In this document: positions 60,501-64,000 of the stretch, in pieces | Layout of the letters: the number at the start of each line of letters is the position of its first letter | Position numbering within the stretch: the stretch's first letter is position 1 | NCBI GenBank assembly: GCA_964016885.1 | Contig: OZ024744.1 | Span: 17,546,001-17,610,000 of the forward strand | DNA: 64,000 nucleotides | DNA from: Eledone cirrhosa | Lineage: Eukaryota | Direction: 5' to 3' | Position numbers and translations under genes: made by a program | Notes under the pieces: model-generated | What the model was told of the DNA's origin: nothing | What the model saw: only the letters and a program-made list of their open reading frames with translations | The model's database searches: none

Positions 60501-63500
60501 GATACTCATTGCTGACCTTTACACCATCAGGTATTGACGGCAGGTTGATACTCATTGCTAACCTGTACACCATCAGACATTGACGGCAGGTTGATACTCA
60601 TTGCTGACCTGTACACCATCAGATATTGACGGCAGGTTGATACTCATTGCTGATCTGTACAGCATCAGGTATTGACGACAGGTTGATACTCATTGCTGAC
60701 CTGTACACCATCAGACATTGACGGCAGGTTGATACACATTGCTGACCTGTACACCATCAGATACTGACGACAGGTTGATACTCATTGCTGACCTGTACAC
60801 CATCATATATTGACGACAGGTTGATACTCATTGCTGACCTGTACACCATCATACATTGACGGCAGGTTGATACTCATTGCTGACCTGTACACCATCAGAC
60901 ATTGACGACAGTTGATACTCATTGCTGACCTGTACACCATCAGACATTGACGACAGGTTGATACACATTGCTGACCTGTACACCAGCAGGTATTGACGAC
61001 AGGTTGATACTCATTGCCGACATGTACACCATCAGACATTGACGGCAGGTTGATACTCATTGCTGCCCTGTACACCATCAGATACTGACGACAGGTTGAT
61101 ACTCATTGTTGATCTGTACACCATCATATATTGACGACAGGTTGATACTCATTGCTGACCTGTACACCATCAGACATTGACGGCATGTTGATACTCATTG
61201 CTGACCTGTACACCATCAGACATTGACGACAGTTGATACTCATTGCTGACCTGTACACCATCAGACATTGACGACAGGTTGATACTCATTGCTGACCTGT
61301 ACACCATCAGACATTGACGACAGGTTGATACACATTGCTGACCTGTACACCATCAGACATTGACGGCAGGTTGATACTCATTGTTGACCTGTACACCATC
61401 AGACATTGACGGCAGGTTGGTACTCATTGCTGACCTGTACACCATCACATATTGACGGCAGGTTGATACTCATTGCTGACCTGTACACCATCAGTTATTG
61501 ATGACAGGTTGATACTAATTGCTGACCTGTAAACCATCAGACATTGACGACAGGTTGATACTCATTGCTGACCTGTACACCATCAGGTATTGACGACAGG
61601 TTGATACTCATTGCTGACCTGTACACCATCAGGTATTGACGGCAGGTTGATACTCATTGCTGACTTGTACACCATCAGACATTGACGGCAGGTTGATACT
61701 CATTGCTGACCTGTACGCCATCAGACATTGACGGCAGGTTGATACTCATTGCTGATCTGTACACCATCAGGTATTGTCAACATGTTGATACTCATTGCTG
61801 ACCTGTACACCATCAGACATTGACGGCAGGTTGATACTCATTGCTGACCTGTACACCATCAGATACTGACGATAGTTTGATACTCATTGCTGACCTGTAC
61901 ACCATCATATATTGACGACAGGTTGATACTCCTTGCTGACCTGTACACCATCAGATATTGACGGCAGGTTGATACTCATTGCTGACCTGTACACCATCAG
62001 ACGTTGACGAGAGCTGATACTCATTGCTGACCTGTACACCATCAGACATTGACGACAGGTTGATACTCATTGCTGACCTGTACACCAGTAGGTATTGACG
62101 ACAGGTTGATACTCATTGCTGAACTTTACACCATCAGGTATTGACGGCAGGTTGATACTCATTGCTGACCTGTACACCATCAGACATTGACGGCAGGTTG
62201 ATACTCATTGCTGACCTGTACACCATCAGACATTGACGGCAGGTTGATACTCATTGCTGATCTGTACACCATCAGGTATTGACGACAGGTTGATACTCAT
62301 TGCTGACCTGTACACCATCATATATTGACGACAGGTTGACACTCATTGCTGACCTGTACACCATCAGACATTGACGGCAGGTTGATACTCATTGCTGACC
62401 TGTACACCACCAGATATTGACGACAGTTGATACTCATTGCTGACCTGTACACCATCAGACATTGACGACAGGTTGATACTCATTGCTGACCTGTACACCA
62501 TCAGACGTTGACGAGAGTTGATACTCATTGCTTACCTGTACACCATCAGACATTGACGGCAGGTTGGTACTCATTGCTGACCTGTACACAATCAGGTATT
62601 CACGACAGGTTGGTACTGATTGTTGACCTGTACACCATCAGGTATTGACGACAGGTTGATACTCATTGCCGACATGTACACCATCAGACATTTACGGCAG
62701 GTTGATGCTCATTGCTGACCTGTACACCATCAGGTATTGACGGCAGGTTGATACTCATTGCTGACCTGTACACCATCAGGTATTGACGACAGGTTGATAC
62801 TTATTGCTGACCTGTACACCATCAGACGTTGACGGCAGGTTGATACTCATTGCTGACCTGTACACCATCAGACATTGACGGCAGGTTGATACTCATGGCT
62901 GACCTGTACACCATCAGACGTTGACGAGAGTTGATACTCATTGCTTACCTGTACACCATCAGACATTGACGGCAGGTTGGTACTCATTGCTGACCTGTAC
63001 ACCATCAGGTATTCAGGACAGGTTGGTACTCATTGTTGACCTGTACACCATCAGACATTGACGACAGGTTGATACTCATTGCTGACCTATACAGCATCAG
63101 ATACAGACGACAGGTTGATACTCATTTTTGACCTGTACACCATCAGACATTGACGACAGGTTGATACTCATTGCTGACCTGTACACCATCAAGTATTTAC
63201 GACAGGTTGATACTCATTGCTGACCTGTACACCATCAGGTATTGACGGCAGGTTGATACTCATTGCTGACCTGTACACCATCAGACATTGACGACAGTTG
63301 ATACTCATTGCTGACTAGTACACCATCAGACATTGACGACAGGTTGATACTCATTGCTGACCTGTACACCAGCAGGTATTGACGACAGGTTGATACTCAT
63401 TGACGACATGTACACCATCAGACATTGACGGCAGGTTGATACTCATTGCTGACCTGTACACCATCAGGTATTGACGGCAGGTTGATACTCATTGCTGACC

Positions 63501-64000
63501 TGTACACCATCAGACATTGACGACAGTTGATACTCATTGCTGTCTAGTACACCATCAGACATTGACGACAGGTTGATACTCATTGCTGACCTGTACACCA
63601 GCAGGTATTGACGACAGGTTGATACACATTGACGACATGTACACCATCAGACATTGACGGCAGGTTGATACTCATTGCTGACCTGTATACCATCAGGTAT
63701 TGACGGCAGGTTGATACTCATTGCTGACCTGTACACCATCAGATACTGATGACAGGTTGATACTCATTGTTGACCTGTACACCATCATATATTGACGACA
63801 GGTTGATACTCATTGCTGACCTGTACACCATCAGACATTGACGACAGGTTGGTACTCATTGTTGACCTATACACCATCAGACATTGACGACAGATTGATA
63901 CTCATTGCTGACCTGTACACCATCAGACATTGACGACAGGTTGATACTCATTGCTGACCTGTACACCATCAGACATTGACGACAGGTTTATACTCATTGC
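51510..64000. repeat. 46-bp tandem satellite array, right part (continues beyond the window end)
   Basis: Same monomer and orientation resume at CACCATCAGATAATGACAACAGG immediately after the insertion. Monomers look somewhat more heterogeneous than in 9-30 kb. Confidence 0.99.

Noticed and set aside
60803-61078. 91-aa minus-strand ORF
   Set aside because: Same satellite-derived peptide, extended by a 1-bp deletion near 60910 and by point variants. There is no coding evidence.
1-64000. CRISPR-like array (constant repeat plus variable segment)
   Set aside because: The variable segment is only a few polymorphic bases drawn from a handful of recurring states, not unique spacers. There is no leader and no cas gene.
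1-64000. Whole array as a sequencing or concatemer artefact
   Set aside because: Variants are hierarchically shared, regionally structured and in register, and the array contains an insertion with a target-site duplication. This fits real evolved DNA, although local copy number and order could still be misassembled.
1-64000. Definite centromere or telomere assignment
   Set aside because: I saw no telomeric repeat tract or recognisable CENP-B box. Centromeric function cannot be established from sequence alone.

Overview
The window is almost entirely one head-to-tail satellite array of a 46-bp monomer (consensus CACCATCAGACATTGACGACAGGTTGATACTCATTGCTGACCTGTA, about 46% GC, roughly 1,390 copies, all in one orientation). 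The array runs off both ends of the window. There are no credible protein-coding genes, and it is not a CRISPR array. I found only one non-satellite segment, a 177-bp insertion at 51333-51509. It is flanked by a 14-bp direct repeat and, on the minus strand, has RNA polymerase III A/B boxes, so it is best read as a tRNA-derived SINE. From memory it resembles abundant octopus/mollusc SINEs, which would need a database search to confirm. This points to eukaryotic, probably animal, heterochromatic DNA. Rare monomer variants reveal higher-order structure: near-identical duplications of 19, 47, 38 and 23 monomers, reshuffled modules, a nested series of mutations that orders array layers by age, and a switch in diagnostic variants near 41 kb. 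Variant positions were read by eye, so block boundaries are approximate. I see no evidence for a new gene system. The interest lies in the array's evolutionary record and in the SINE insertion site.
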